A stretch of 64,000 bases of DNA from an uncultured Aeromicrobium sp. (lineage in GTDB: Bacteria; Actinomycetota; Actinomycetes; Propionibacteriales; Nocardioidaceae), in NCBI GenBank assembly GCA_964638755.1, contig CAZWZC010000001.1, positions 8,435 through 72,434 on the forward strand, given 5' to 3'. Every line of letters begins with the position of its first letter. The first letter of the stretch is position 1. Position numbers and translations under genes: made by a program. Below are positions 32,525 through 41,616 of this stretch, piece by piece. Below the pieces are notes generated by a model. The model saw nothing but the letters and a program-made list of their open reading frames with translations, searched no databases and was not told the DNA's origin.

Positions 32525-33577
32525 GTGGCTGAGACAGGCATGAGTCGCGTACGTCGGGCGGTTGAGGGACTGACGCCTGGCTATTTCGCGCTGGTGATGG
32601 CCAGCGGAATCATCTCGGTGGGGATGAAGCTCAAGGGCTTCGACGCCATCTCGATGACCTTGCTGATCATCTGTGCGGCTGGATTCGTGATCTTGCTCGG
32701 CCTGACCGTGTGGAGGTTCATCGCCTATCGCAGCGCGATCAACCATGACTTCCTGCGCCCCGATCGGGCCTTCGGCTTCTTCACCTTCGTGGCGGGCACC
32801 AATGTGCTCGGCGTGCGGCTGGGCATGGAGGGCGCCTACCTGGCCACCGGCGTCCTGTTGGGGTTGGCCGGCACGGTCTGGTTGCTGCTCGGCTACGTAG
32901 TGCCCTGGACTGCAGTTCTCGGTCGGGTTGAACGACCGGTCGTGGCCACCGCGAACGGCACGTGGTTCATCTGGGTGGTCGCCAGCCAGTCCGTCGCGAT
33001 TGCCGCCGCCACCATTGAGCCCATCGTCACCACCGGACGCCGCGAGCTCGCGGTTCTGGCGGTGATGTCGTGGTCCGTCGGCATCTTCCTGTACGCCGCC
33101 ACCGCGATGATCGTCTCGCTGCGACTGATGCTCTACAAATTCGGACCCGAGGAGCTCACCCCGCCCTACTGGGTGGCGATGGGAGCCTTGGCCATCACGG
33201 TCCTGGCCGGCGCCCGGATCGTGGAGATGGCCGACGCCCCGATGGTGGACGTGACCCGCGACCTGATCGCTGGCCTCGCGGTGGTGTTCTGGGCCTTCGC
33301 GACCTGGCTGATCCCCGTTCTGGTCGCAGCCGGGTGGTGGCGCCATGTCCGCCGGGTTCCGCTGCGGTACGAAGCCACCCTGTGGAGTGTGATCTTCCCA
33401 CTCGGCATGTATGCCGTGGCCGGGATCTATCTCGGTGAAGCAGACCGCCTGCCAGTCGTTGCCGCCATCGGCAGCGCCGAGCTGTGGGTCGCGTTGGGTG
33501 CCTTCGCAGTGGTCATGGCGGCCATGCTCGATCACCTCGTTCGCACCGTCGTACTGCCTTCCAGAGCTAGTCACTGA
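32525..33577 (+). CDS. TDT/SLAC1 (tellurite resistance / C4-dicarboxylate) anion channel
   Basis: PGYFALVMASGI, PYWVAMGA and W..IFPLGMY motifs; about 10 TM segments. Confidence 0.83.
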   Translation: MAETGMSRVRRAVEGLTPGYFALVMASGIISVGMKLKGFDAISMTLLIICAAGFVILLGLTVWRFIAYRSAINHDFLRPDRAFGFFTFVAGTNVLGVRLGMEGAYLATGVLLGLAGTVWLLLGYVVPWTAVLGRVERPVVATANGTWFIWVVASQSVAIAAATIEPIVTTGRRELAVLAVMSWSVGIFLYAATAMIVSLRLMLYKFGPEELTPPYWVAMGALAITVLAGARIVEMADAPMVDVTRDLIAGLAVVFWAFATWLIPVLVAAGWWRHVRRVPLRYEATLWSVIFPLGMYAVAGIYLGEADRLPVVAAIGSAELWVALGAFAVVMAAMLDHLVRTVVLPSRASH

Positions 33578-34037
33578 TCAGGCTCTTCCCTGGATGGGCG
33601 GCATGCCACGCAGCGATCGCCGCGTCCCAGTCACTGCCAGTCAAGGCGGTCAGAGACGCGGGAAACAGTCCGTCCTCCTCCTTGCTGATGTGCTCTCGGA
33701 GCTCGGGCACGGCATCGCGAATCCGTTGCTGGTCGACCGGATCGCTCACATCAGCGCTGGCCAGCAGCTCGGCGAGCTCACGGTGCTCCGACACCAACGG
33801 CACGATGTGATCGGCGTACTCGGCCTGACTCGCCATGACCGCGAAGATGCCGTTCTCCTCACCCTGCCAGTGGCTCTCCAGCTCCCCCGCCATCCTCGAC
33901 ATCGCGATCCGCGCCTGTTCCAGGTCGTCCCTGTCGATCGCCCGGACGATGTCATCAGCCAGACCGGTGACACGCTCGTGCTCGGCAACGTAGTCGCGAA
34001 TCAAAGGCATGTCGCGGCAACCGCAGTAGTGGCACAT
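33567..34037 (-). CDS. hemerythrin domain protein
   Basis: MCHYCGC N-terminus; EH, HWQGEE, EH and HISKEEDGLF ligand pattern. Confidence 0.85.
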   Translation of the reverse strand: MCHYCGCRDMPLIRDYVAEHERVTGLADDIVRAIDRDDLEQARIAMSRMAGELESHWQGEENGIFAVMASQAEYADHIVPLVSEHRELAELLASADVSDPVDQQRIRDAVPELREHISKEEDGLFPASLTALTGSDWDAAIAAWHAAHPGKSLISD

Positions 34038-34045
34038 CGGAATGC

Positions 34046-35305
34046 TCAGCCCTTCGTCGCACCAGTACGAGCAGCCTCGACATGAGCCTGCTCCGTTCGA
34101 CGGACAACCGTGATCGTGAGCAGCGCGGTCAGGGCAGCCGTTGCCGAGAGCATCCAGAGACCGATCGCGTAGGAGTCCGTGCGCCCGTAGACGTAGCCCA
34201 TGATCAGCGGCGGAACGAATCCGCCGAGGCCGCCCGCTGCACCGACCATCCCGGTGACACCACCCACGCGAGATGGGTCAGTGACCTTGGCGATCAGCGC
34301 GAATGTGGCACCGGTACCCGATCCGAGTGCCATCGCCATGATCAGGAATGCCGCAGTACCGGCGTGTTCGAGAATCGGATGGGTGGCCGCGAAACCGGCG
34401 CACACGACAACCACCACGTACCCGCTGGCCAGTACCGGGATCGGCCCGATTCGGTCGGAGAGCCAACCGCCTACTGGCCGCATGATCACTGCCACGATGA
34501 CAAATCCTGCCATCCGGTTGGCGGCGTCTGCCGGAGTCAGCCCGTAGTCAGTCTTGAGAAAGGCGGGAAGGTAGACCGAGAACGCCACATACCCACCGAA
34601 GGCGACCGCATAGAGGATGCTCGCCTGCCACGTGATCGGCAGCCGTGCATTGGCCTTCAGGCGCGCCGCAAGCGAGGTGGTCGGAGCCTGACGGCCCGGC
34701 GCGTCCTCCAAGAGCATCCATGCGATCAGGGCGAACACCAGGAGTCCAGCCGCGGCGAACAGGAATGGGGCCTTCTCGCCCAGGTTCGTATAGAGCTTCA
34801 CGGTGGTCAGCGCACTGATCGCAGTGCCGCCCATACCGGCGCCGAAGATCCCCACCGCAAGCCCCCGACGTTCGGGCGGGAACCACGCGTTGACAAACGG
34901 AACTCCGACGGCAAACGCCGTCCCTGCGATTCCGAGGAAGAAGCCGCCGATCAGCAACGCCGGATAGCTGGTCTGCCCGAAGAACCCGAGGAACAGGACC
35001 GGAACGATCGTCGTCAGTGAGACGAGTACGAACATCTCCCGACCACCATATTTGTCAGTCAGCGCGCCGACAGCGATGCGGCCCAGGGAGCCGACGATCA
35101 CCGGGACGGCCACAATGAGCGAGACCTGCCACTCGCTGAGCTTGCCGACCACGCCGCTGTCGCGAAACACCGGACCCAGCGGGCTGAGCAGCGCCCACGC
35201 CCAGAAGTTCACCGCGAACCCGACGGTGGCCAAGATCAACATCAGCCACGGCGATCGGCCGACGGCCGGGGTGTCGTTTGCGGTTACTTCAACGTCGTGC
35301 TCCAT
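34046..35305 (-). CDS. narK: NarK/NasA nitrate/nitrite MFS transporter
   Basis: NFWAW, GALTDKYGGR, G.AGTAFAVG and GAAGGLGGF nitrate-signature motifs. Start estimated. Confidence 0.9.
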   Translation of the reverse strand: MEHDVEVTANDTPAVGRSPWLMLILATVGFAVNFWAWALLSPLGPVFRDSGVVGKLSEWQVSLIVAVPVIVGSLGRIAVGALTDKYGGREMFVLVSLTTIVPVLFLGFFGQTSYPALLIGGFFLGIAGTAFAVGVPFVNAWFPPERRGLAVGIFGAGMGGTAISALTTVKLYTNLGEKAPFLFAAAGLLVFALIAWMLLEDAPGRQAPTTSLAARLKANARLPITWQASILYAVAFGGYVAFSVYLPAFLKTDYGLTPADAANRMAGFVIVAVIMRPVGGWLSDRIGPIPVLASGYVVVVVCAGFAATHPILEHAGTAAFLIMAMALGSGTGATFALIAKVTDPSRVGGVTGMVGAAGGLGGFVPPLIMGYVYGRTDSYAIGLWMLSATAALTALLTITVVRRTEQAHVEAARTGATKG

Positions 35306-35340
35306 CACAGTTGTTACCTTTCGATTTGGGTGCCGACGAC

Positions 35341-36171
35341 TCACGTACGAGTCTCGGTCAACAATGTATTCACGACCTGTGCAGACGTGGGTGCTCTGGT
35401 CAGCGGCACGACGGCCACCGGCGCGCTGGCTTCCCGCAGGATGCGAGAGGCAAATGATCGGGTGTCGGACCGCAGATGTGAGCGGGCGGGCTGGCCCACC
35501 ACGAGGATCGAGGCATGCAGCCCCCAGTCCAGGCACGCACGCACGCGGTCGCCTCCTTCAACGACACAACGGGCCCGCGCCGCTGGATGGTGCCTCTGCA
35601 AATGGCTGACACGACCTTCGAGGTGGGTGAGATGCGCCTGGCGTTCCTTGTAGTCACAGAGCATGCCAGCAGCGTAGACAACCTCGAGCCGCTCACCTCG
35701 TCTGACGGCTTCATCGAATGCAAAGTGAAGCTGCGGGTCGATCTCCTGGGCTATGTCAACCACGGCAACCACGGCGCGCGTCTGCCTCGCCGCCAGATCC
35801 GTACGAGGAACCACCACGACCGGCGCCGTCGATATCATCGCCACGGCTTGGGCGATTTCCAGCCCGCTCGCCCTCGCGATCCACGGCAGCTCGTCAGCGC
35901 CCAGCACCACAACCCTTGCGCGGCACGCTTCGGCGGCAAGCGCCTCGACAACGTCGCCTCCCAACACGACTGTTGTCACGGGAACATCGGCGGCCAGATA
36001 TCTGGCCAGGTCCCTGAGTCCTTCGAACAGGGGAGCCGCTGTCGCGAGGTCGGGGGTGACATGTACCGCACGAAGACCTGACCTGCGTCGACCGGCTTCT
36101 GCGAGCGCATATTTCACCACGTCGGGATGCTGATTGACTCGCAGTCCAATCACGGTGGGGTGCTCATTCAT
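35341..36171 (-). CDS. universal stress protein (tandem USP)
   Basis: Two USP repeats (VVLG...PVVVVP; LVVG...PVAVVP). RBS CAGGAG before ATG 36171. Confidence 0.75.
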   Translation of the reverse strand: MNEHPTVIGLRVNQHPDVVKYALAEAGRRRSGLRAVHVTPDLATAAPLFEGLRDLARYLAADVPVTTVVLGGDVVEALAAEACRARVVVLGADELPWIARASGLEIAQAVAMISTAPVVVVPRTDLAARQTRAVVAVVDIAQEIDPQLHFAFDEAVRRGERLEVVYAAGMLCDYKERQAHLTHLEGRVSHLQRHHPAARARCVVEGGDRVRACLDWGLHASILVVGQPARSHLRSDTRSFASRILREASAPVAVVPLTRAPTSAQVVNTLLTETRT

Positions 36172-36200
36172 GGCGTGCTCCTGTCGCACTCACCGCGCGC

Positions 36201-36231
36201 ACCTTCCCCGAATCGATGATTCGGGGAAGGT
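36201..36231. repeat. perfect 14-bp inverted repeat (terminator or operator)
   Basis: accttccccgaatc-gat-gattcggggaaggt between DoxX and USP. Confidence 0.7.
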
Positions 36232-36238
36232 ACCGGCG

Positions 36239-36769
36239 TCACTTGAGGATGGGGTTCTGCTTCACGAAGGAGAACTTCTCCCACATCTTGCCGAGACCCA
36301 GTGTGTGACCGGCGGCCGTCATCGCGAGGATTGCGAGCAACAGGGCGTAGATCAGGTGATCATCCAGGAACGGGTTGTTGTCTGGAGGCAACACGGCGGT
36401 CCACATCAGCACCAGAAGCAGAGCTCCGGCCGCAGCGGCGAGACGAGTCGCGACGCCGAGGATGAGTGCCACACCGATGCCCAGCAGTCCGATCATGAAC
36501 AGCCAGTCGGCCCAGGCATCGCCTGCAATGCCTTGGTAGAAGTCGGCAAACGGTCCCTTGGTTGCGTGACCGAGGAAGCCTGCCGTGGGGCTTCCGCCAT
36601 TGACCCACGCGTCGGCCTTGGCCGTCTCGTGGCCGAGGCCGAAGGTCTTGTCGAGGAAGGGCCACAGGAACGTCCATCCCATGGCCAGTCGGGTGATACC
36701 CAAGACCAGCGACAACGAGCCGCTGTGGGTGGCAGCATCTGTGCTGCGATCGTCGAGTGGTGTACTCAT
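36239..36769 (-). CDS. DoxX family membrane protein
   Basis: R.AMGWTFLW.FLDK.FGLG...GGSPT.GFL motif. Start at MSTPL. Confidence 0.82.
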   Translation of the reverse strand: MSTPLDDRSTDAATHSGSLSLVLGITRLAMGWTFLWPFLDKTFGLGHETAKADAWVNGGSPTAGFLGHATKGPFADFYQGIAGDAWADWLFMIGLLGIGVALILGVATRLAAAAGALLLVLMWTAVLPPDNNPFLDDHLIYALLLAILAMTAAGHTLGLGKMWEKFSFVKQNPILK

Positions 36770-36828
36770 GTGAAACTCCTCAAGTCGGGTTACATGACAA
36801 CCATCGCGAAGATCAGCTGCGGGATTCA

Positions 36829-36864
36829 GGGCCACATGGTCACAATGCGTGTGACCAAGGTCCC
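36829..36864. promoter_or_regulatory. putative DosR/DevR-type binding sites
   Basis: GTGAC-CAAG-GTCCC (36851-36864) fits the GGGAC-N4-GTCCC core. A weaker inverted site, GGGCCACATGGTCAC, lies at 36829-36843. Confidence 0.5.
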
Positions 36865-36945
36865 CACCGCCGCGTGCTGAAAGGCTGTGGCGACTGGATC
36901 GACGAGTACGCGAGGATGACACCGAAAGCATCTGAAGGAGTCGAC

Positions 36946-37374
36946 ATGTCAGTCAACCCGGAGTACAAGGCAGGCAAGATCAGCGAACTGCCCGAAGCCG
37001 AGTGTCGCGTACTGCTCTCGACCACCACGGTGGGGCGCATCGCCTTCGTCGACGACGAAGGACAACAGCTTGTGCCGGTGAACTTTGCGTTCATTGACGA
37101 CGCCATCTACTTTCGGACCCGCCCGGACGGCTTCTTGGCTCGGCTCGCCCTCGGGCACGACGATGTGGCATTCGGCGTCGATCACCACGATGACACCTAT
37201 CGCCACGGCTGGAATGTGACCGTCCGCGGCGCCGTCGAACAGGTTGAGGACCGTGCGACCATCAGCATGGTGCTGAGCCATGGCCGACTGCGGCCGTGGG
37301 CAGGTGGCGTACGCCCGATGGTGATGCGGGTGGTCCCCGAGGACATCTCAGGTCGCAGAGTCGCAGGGCAATGA
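36946..37374 (+). CDS. pyridoxamine 5'-phosphate oxidase-like (split-barrel flavin-binding) protein
   Basis: EC..LL....VGRIAF...PVNF...IYFRT...GWNV.VRG pattern. RBS GAAGGAG. Confidence 0.83.
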   Translation: MSVNPEYKAGKISELPEAECRVLLSTTTVGRIAFVDDEGQQLVPVNFAFIDDAIYFRTRPDGFLARLALGHDDVAFGVDHHDDTYRHGWNVTVRGAVEQVEDRATISMVLSHGRLRPWAGGVRPMVMRVVPEDISGRRVAGQ

Positions 37375-37446
37375 CCACGTCTGGTCGGACGTCCGGGACG
37401 TTATGGTAAGTCCCAGAACCCTGCCAGCGAGACTCGGAGTGAACGT

Positions 37447-39108
37447 ATGGGCGAAGGCCCGAATCTAGACTTCGAGGCGTTGCTTGCGCAGCTTGAGCAG
37501 GCCGACCGCACGATCGCGTCGCAGTCGCGCTTGCGCGATCTGGTCCGCGTCAACCACGATCTGACGAGCAATCTCGATCTCCCCACCGTGTTGCGGCGAA
37601 TCGTCGAGATTGGTCTCGAGCTGATTCACGCCAGATACGGCGCGATGGGTGTGCTAGGTGACGAACGCCGCCTTGACCAGTTCATCCACGTGGGCATGGA
37701 ACCAGGCGTTGCAGCACGCATTGATCACCTGCCGGAGGGCAAAGGTCTCCTCGGCGCGATCATCGACGATCCACGGCCCGTCCGCCTGGCCGAGATCTCA
37801 TCAGATGCCAGATCCAGCGGCTTCCCCGCCAACCATCCACCGATGACGAGCTTCATCGGCGTGCCCATACGGGTACGCGGCGCTGTGTTTGGCAACCTCT
37901 ACCTGACCGACAGCCGCAACGGTGAGTTTTCGGCCGACGACGAAGAGCTCGCACAGTCTCTGGCCGCGACGGCGGCGATCGCGATCGAGAATGCTCGCCT
38001 GTTCGAGGACTCCGAATATCGCTCGCGCTGGTCGACGGCGCTGGTCGACATCTCACGGCGTCTCATGACGGCCGAGGACACCGATGACGTCGATGCCCTC
38101 ATCGAGCGGGTCCACCGTCTCGCCGAGGCAGATCTCGTGACGGTCGCCATGGTCGATGCAGCAGGCGATGAGCTTGTCATCGACCGAGTGGTCGGAGATC
38201 GTGGAAAGGACCTGCAGTCGCTCACCGTTGCGGTGGCGGATTCGATTGCCGCCACGGCGATGCGCATGGGCGAACCCGCGATCGTCGGTCGCGGGTTGAC
38301 TGTCCACGCTGGCAGCTTCGATGACCGGGTCATGCTGGCGCACGCGATGCTGATCCCGTTCACCTCTGCCGGCAGCGCGGGACTGATGACGGTTGCCCGC
38401 CAAGATGACCGACCGAGCTTCGTCGCTCGAGACCTCGACATGGGCGTGTCCTTCGCCGGTCACATCTCCGTTGCGCTGGATCGAGCGGATGCGAGAAGTG
38501 CCCGCCGGCGCGTGGAGCTGCTCGAGGACCGAAACAGGATCGCCCGGGACCTGCACGATCACGTCATCCAGCGGCTCTTCGCGGCGGGCCTCAACTTGCA
38601 GGCCGCGGCGTCGACGGCCAACGCTGGTCTGGCCACCCAGATCACTGCTCAGATCAAGGAGATCGACGGAGCGATCACCCAGATCAGGCAAAGCATCTTC
38701 GCAATCCACCGCGAGTCCGAAAGTACGTCAGCGAGCCTGCGAGCTCGCATCTTGGAGATTGTCGATAGATCGTCAGACCAGCTCCCTCAAAGGCCCCGTG
38801 TCACATTCATCGGGCCGGTCGACCTGATGGCCGATGCCGCGCTGACCGACGACATGTCTGCCGTGGTCACCGAAGCACTGGCCAACGCGATCCGTCACGC
38901 CCAGCCCGACAGTGTCGACATTGAAGTCGCCTCCTCGTCGGGTCAGGCCAGCGTCGAGGTCAAGGATGACGGTGTGGGACTCGGCCCCAGCCCCCAGCTG
39001 AGCGGTTTGAGCAACCTGCGTCAAAGGGCCGAGTCGCGCGGCGGCACATTCGAGATCGGCGCCCTGGCCAGCGGCGGCACACGAGTCTGGTGGTGCGTCC
39101 CGGTCTGA
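37447..39108 (+). CDS. DosS/DosT-like double-GAF sensor histidine kinase
   Basis: GFPANHPPMTSFIGVP GAF, RIARDLHDHVIQRLFA (HisKA_3) and NAIRHA...DDG.G motifs. Confidence 0.9.
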   Translation: MGEGPNLDFEALLAQLEQADRTIASQSRLRDLVRVNHDLTSNLDLPTVLRRIVEIGLELIHARYGAMGVLGDERRLDQFIHVGMEPGVAARIDHLPEGKGLLGAIIDDPRPVRLAEISSDARSSGFPANHPPMTSFIGVPIRVRGAVFGNLYLTDSRNGEFSADDEELAQSLAATAAIAIENARLFEDSEYRSRWSTALVDISRRLMTAEDTDDVDALIERVHRLAEADLVTVAMVDAAGDELVIDRVVGDRGKDLQSLTVAVADSIAATAMRMGEPAIVGRGLTVHAGSFDDRVMLAHAMLIPFTSAGSAGLMTVARQDDRPSFVARDLDMGVSFAGHISVALDRADARSARRRVELLEDRNRIARDLHDHVIQRLFAAGLNLQAAASTANAGLATQITAQIKEIDGAITQIRQSIFAIHRESESTSASLRARILEIVDRSSDQLPQRPRVTFIGPVDLMADAALTDDMSAVVTEALANAIRHAQPDSVDIEVASSSGQASVEVKDDGVGLGPSPQLSGLSNLRQRAESRGGTFEIGALASGGTRVWWCVPV

Positions 39109-39111
39109 GGC

Positions 39112-39753
39112 TCAGTGGTCGTGCAGCAGTCGGCTTGCCAACACGGCAGCCTGGGTGCGGCGCTCAAGTCCGAGCTTTGCCAAGACGTTGGACATGTAGT
39201 TCTTCACAGTCTTCTCAGCCAGAAAGAGTCGGTCACCAATCTGGCGGTTGGTCATTCCTTCTGCGACGAGCTCAAGGATCCGTCTTTCTTGGGCGGTGAG
39301 CGACTTCAGCTCATCGGGTTCGCTGGATGCACCCTCGCGAATGCGCTCCATCACCTTGGCCGTCACACCGGGGTCGATCAGCGATCCTCCTGCTGCGACG
39401 TGTCGCACCGCCGAGACCAGATCCTGTCCGGTCACCTGCTTGAGCACATACCCAGCAGCACCTGCCATGATCGCTGCGAACAGCGCTTCGTCATCGTCAA
39501 ATGACGTCAGGATGATGGCCTTGACCTCAGGGTTGGTCGAGCGGATCTGTCGACAGACCTCGATGCCGCTGCCGTCGGGCAACCGTGCGTCGAGAACCGC
39601 CACGTCCGGAATCAGTGCGGGTATGCGCGCCAGAGCCGCCGAAGCCGTACCGGCTTCGCCGACGACCTCTAGATCGCCTGCGCTCTCCAGCAGTTGCCTC
39701 AGTCCTGCGCGCACGACCTCGTGATCGTCAAGCAGAAAGACGCGGGTCGCCAT
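39112..39753 (-). CDS. DosR/DevR-like NarL-family response regulator
   Basis: DDHEVVR, LDARLPDGSG and LAEKTVKNY.S..L.KLG.ERRTQAA motifs. Confidence 0.9.
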   Translation of the reverse strand: MATRVFLLDDHEVVRAGLRQLLESAGDLEVVGEAGTASAALARIPALIPDVAVLDARLPDGSGIEVCRQIRSTNPEVKAIILTSFDDDEALFAAIMAGAAGYVLKQVTGQDLVSAVRHVAAGGSLIDPGVTAKVMERIREGASSEPDELKSLTAQERRILELVAEGMTNRQIGDRLFLAEKTVKNYMSNVLAKLGLERRTQAAVLASRLLHDH

Positions 39754-39795
39754 GAAACCTCCGACATACGAGTGGGGCGTTGCCAGTATGCACTC

Positions 39796-40128
39796 TCAGG
39801 CGAGCTTGGCCACGGTCAAGAGCACGGCGGAGTCCTCGACGGCCTCCAACGCGTGGCGGGAGTCAGGGATGGTCATCAGGTCGCCCGGTGATCCGTTCCA
39901 ACGGTTCTCTCCTGCCACGAGGGTGACCCGACCCTTCAACACCTGGAGTGTCGCCTCGCCGGGATTCTCGTGCTCGTCGAGGTTGGTGCCGGCACGCAAC
40001 GCGATGAGAGTTTGACGCAACACGTGTTCATGACCCCCGTAGATGGTGTGAGCGCTGCGACCGCTGGAGCTTGTGGCGGCCACCTCGAGGTGTTCACGGG
40101 CAAGTGCCTTCAGTGACTGCTTTTGCAT
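39796..40128 (-). CDS. cupin domain protein
   Basis: L.EHENPGEATLQVL.G...HAL cupin motif. Own RBS (GAAGGAA) before ATG 40128. Confidence 0.82.
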   Translation of the reverse strand: MQKQSLKALAREHLEVAATSSSGRSAHTIYGGHEHVLRQTLIALRAGTNLDEHENPGEATLQVLKGRVTLVAGENRWNGSPGDLMTIPDSRHALEAVEDSAVLLTVAKLA

Positions 40129-40174
40129 GAGGTTCCTTCGTTCGTTGGTCTCAGTGATCCGTGCGGGCGCACGC

Positions 40175-40572
40175 TCACAGTCTGAGGAGGAGCACGCCCG
40201 AGACGATGAGCGCTGCAACCTTGACGATCTCGAGCAGGACATACCAGTGGTGGCCACCGGATCGAGCCACGACTTCACGACCCGGGCGAGGCCGGGTCGT
40301 ATGAGGGCGACCTGGATCAGTAGTGCGGCGACGGCCACCAGCACGCTGACGACGACCCGACTCGGCGGCGGGGCGGCCGTCATCACGGTCAGCAGAACGG
40401 CCGCGAACACTGCCTCGGCAATGTTGAGGGCCCTGAAGACCAAGCGACCGATGCCAAGCCCGATCGGGACGGTCACGCCCGGTGCACGGAACTTCAACGG
40501 AGTTTCCAGGAACGAGATCGCCAGGACCATCCCGAGCCAGGTGAAAGTCATGGCCGTCCCCACCAAGATCAT
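40175..40572 (-). pseudogene. small membrane protein with an apparent frameshift near 40270-40295
   Basis: ATG 40572 overlaps the upstream stop. The hydrophobic C-terminus RSGGHHWYVLLEIVKVAALIVSGVLLLRL* lies in another frame ending at 40175. Confidence 0.6.
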
Positions 40573-41213
40573 GATGTCTCCGCGAGATTGCTCAGGTGAG
40601 CCAGGCATAGGTCTGGCTCCGCGAATGGCTCAAGTCGATCGACGGTCGAGATGTCGCCCATCGCGGTCATTGCTCCCTGCATGAGACCCAGATGCACGGG
40701 GCAGATCACGTGTTTGTGCTCAGGTATCAAGTCGAGAAACGGGCAGTGGTGCAGCTCAATCTCTCGCCGCCCGGATGAGTCGTCGATCTTGGGAGAGAAG
40801 CCGAGATCATCCAGGATCACCAGCAGTCGATCGACGGCAGGCAATCCATCGGCCCCGCCTTGCTCAGCTTGTCCATGGGCAAGGCGCTCGCCCCACGCCC
40901 GTCCCGCACGGATTCCTTCGTCCACCGGATCGGTCGTCGCTGACATTCTTGTCGCCAGCGCATCGGCCAGCGCCTGGTAGTTCCGAGGGCCACCCGGGTC
41001 CATGGCGCGTAGTGCGCGGAACATGAGTGGCGGTCGGCCTGGTGTCACTCGGGTTGGCGCGACTTTCTCCACTCGGCGGTCCCGGACGAGAACCCGGAGA
41101 TGGAATCGCACAGTGTTCGGGTGAACGTGCAGGTGGTTGGCGATGTCGACGATCGACATCGGCCCGGGTGCGGCGCTCAGCGCGTCGAGGACGGCTTGGC
41201 GACGCTCAACCAT
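40569..41213 (-). CDS. wHTH transcriptional regulator with a SufR-like cysteine motif
   Basis: HPNTVRFHL..L...V...GRP HTH; C-terminal HHCPF-x11-C motif. Start at MVERR. Confidence 0.75.
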   Translation of the reverse strand: MVERRQAVLDALSAAPGPMSIVDIANHLHVHPNTVRFHLRVLVRDRRVEKVAPTRVTPGRPPLMFRALRAMDPGGPRNYQALADALATRMSATTDPVDEGIRAGRAWGERLAHGQAEQGGADGLPAVDRLLVILDDLGFSPKIDDSSGRREIELHHCPFLDLIPEHKHVICPVHLGLMQGAMTAMGDISTVDRLEPFAEPDLCLAHLSNLAETS

Positions 41214-41217
41214 GCGT

Positions 41218-41562
41218 TCACTCCCCTTGTGGTGCGAGTCCCGCGACCAAGGGTGTGTCCACTCCGATGGCCCCGAGCTTGGCGGCGCCTCCGGGTGAGT
41301 CCAGCGGCGCGTCTCGTCCTTGGAGGGTAGCGCTGAAGAAGAGCGCGTTGTCGGCCAAGTAGGGCACTTGGCTCTCTGGAAGCTCGTCCTCATAGAAGAT
41401 TGCCTCGACCGGACACACCGGTTCGCAGGCGCCGCAGTCGACGCACTCGTCAGGTTGGATGTAGAGCATGCGATTGCCCTCGTAGATGCAGTCGACGGGG
41501 CATTCGTCCACGCACGCCCGATCGAGGATGTCTACGCAGGGTTCTGCGATCACATAGGTCAT
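41218..41562 (-). CDS. fdxA: 7Fe ferredoxin
   Basis: MTYVIAEPCVD...CVDECPVDCIY...DECVDCGACEPVCPVEAI. Confidence 0.92.
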   Translation of the reverse strand: MTYVIAEPCVDILDRACVDECPVDCIYEGNRMLYIQPDECVDCGACEPVCPVEAIFYEDELPESQVPYLADNALFFSATLQGRDAPLDSPGGAAKLGAIGVDTPLVAGLAPQGE

Positions 41563-41571
41563 GGACTAGAG

Positions 41572-41596
41572 TTTACACAACTACTAATTGTATAAA
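41572..41596. promoter_or_regulatory. AT-rich 9-7-9 imperfect palindrome, putative operator
   Basis: TTTACACAA-ctactaa-TTGTATAAA in the 54-bp divergent gap between fdxA and the DUF2249 gene. Confidence 0.55.
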
Positions 41597-41616
41597 TGTT
41601 GTGCGAAAGGAAACTC

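Noticed and set aside
37395-37414. GGGAC-N10-GTCCC upstream of the sensor kinase as a DosR box
   Set aside because: The half-site spacing is 10 rather than 4, so it does not fit the known site geometry.
39796-40608. Single 270-aa membrane-cupin gene as a normal CDS
   Set aside because: Better explained as a frameshifted membrane gene plus a separate cupin with its own RBS.
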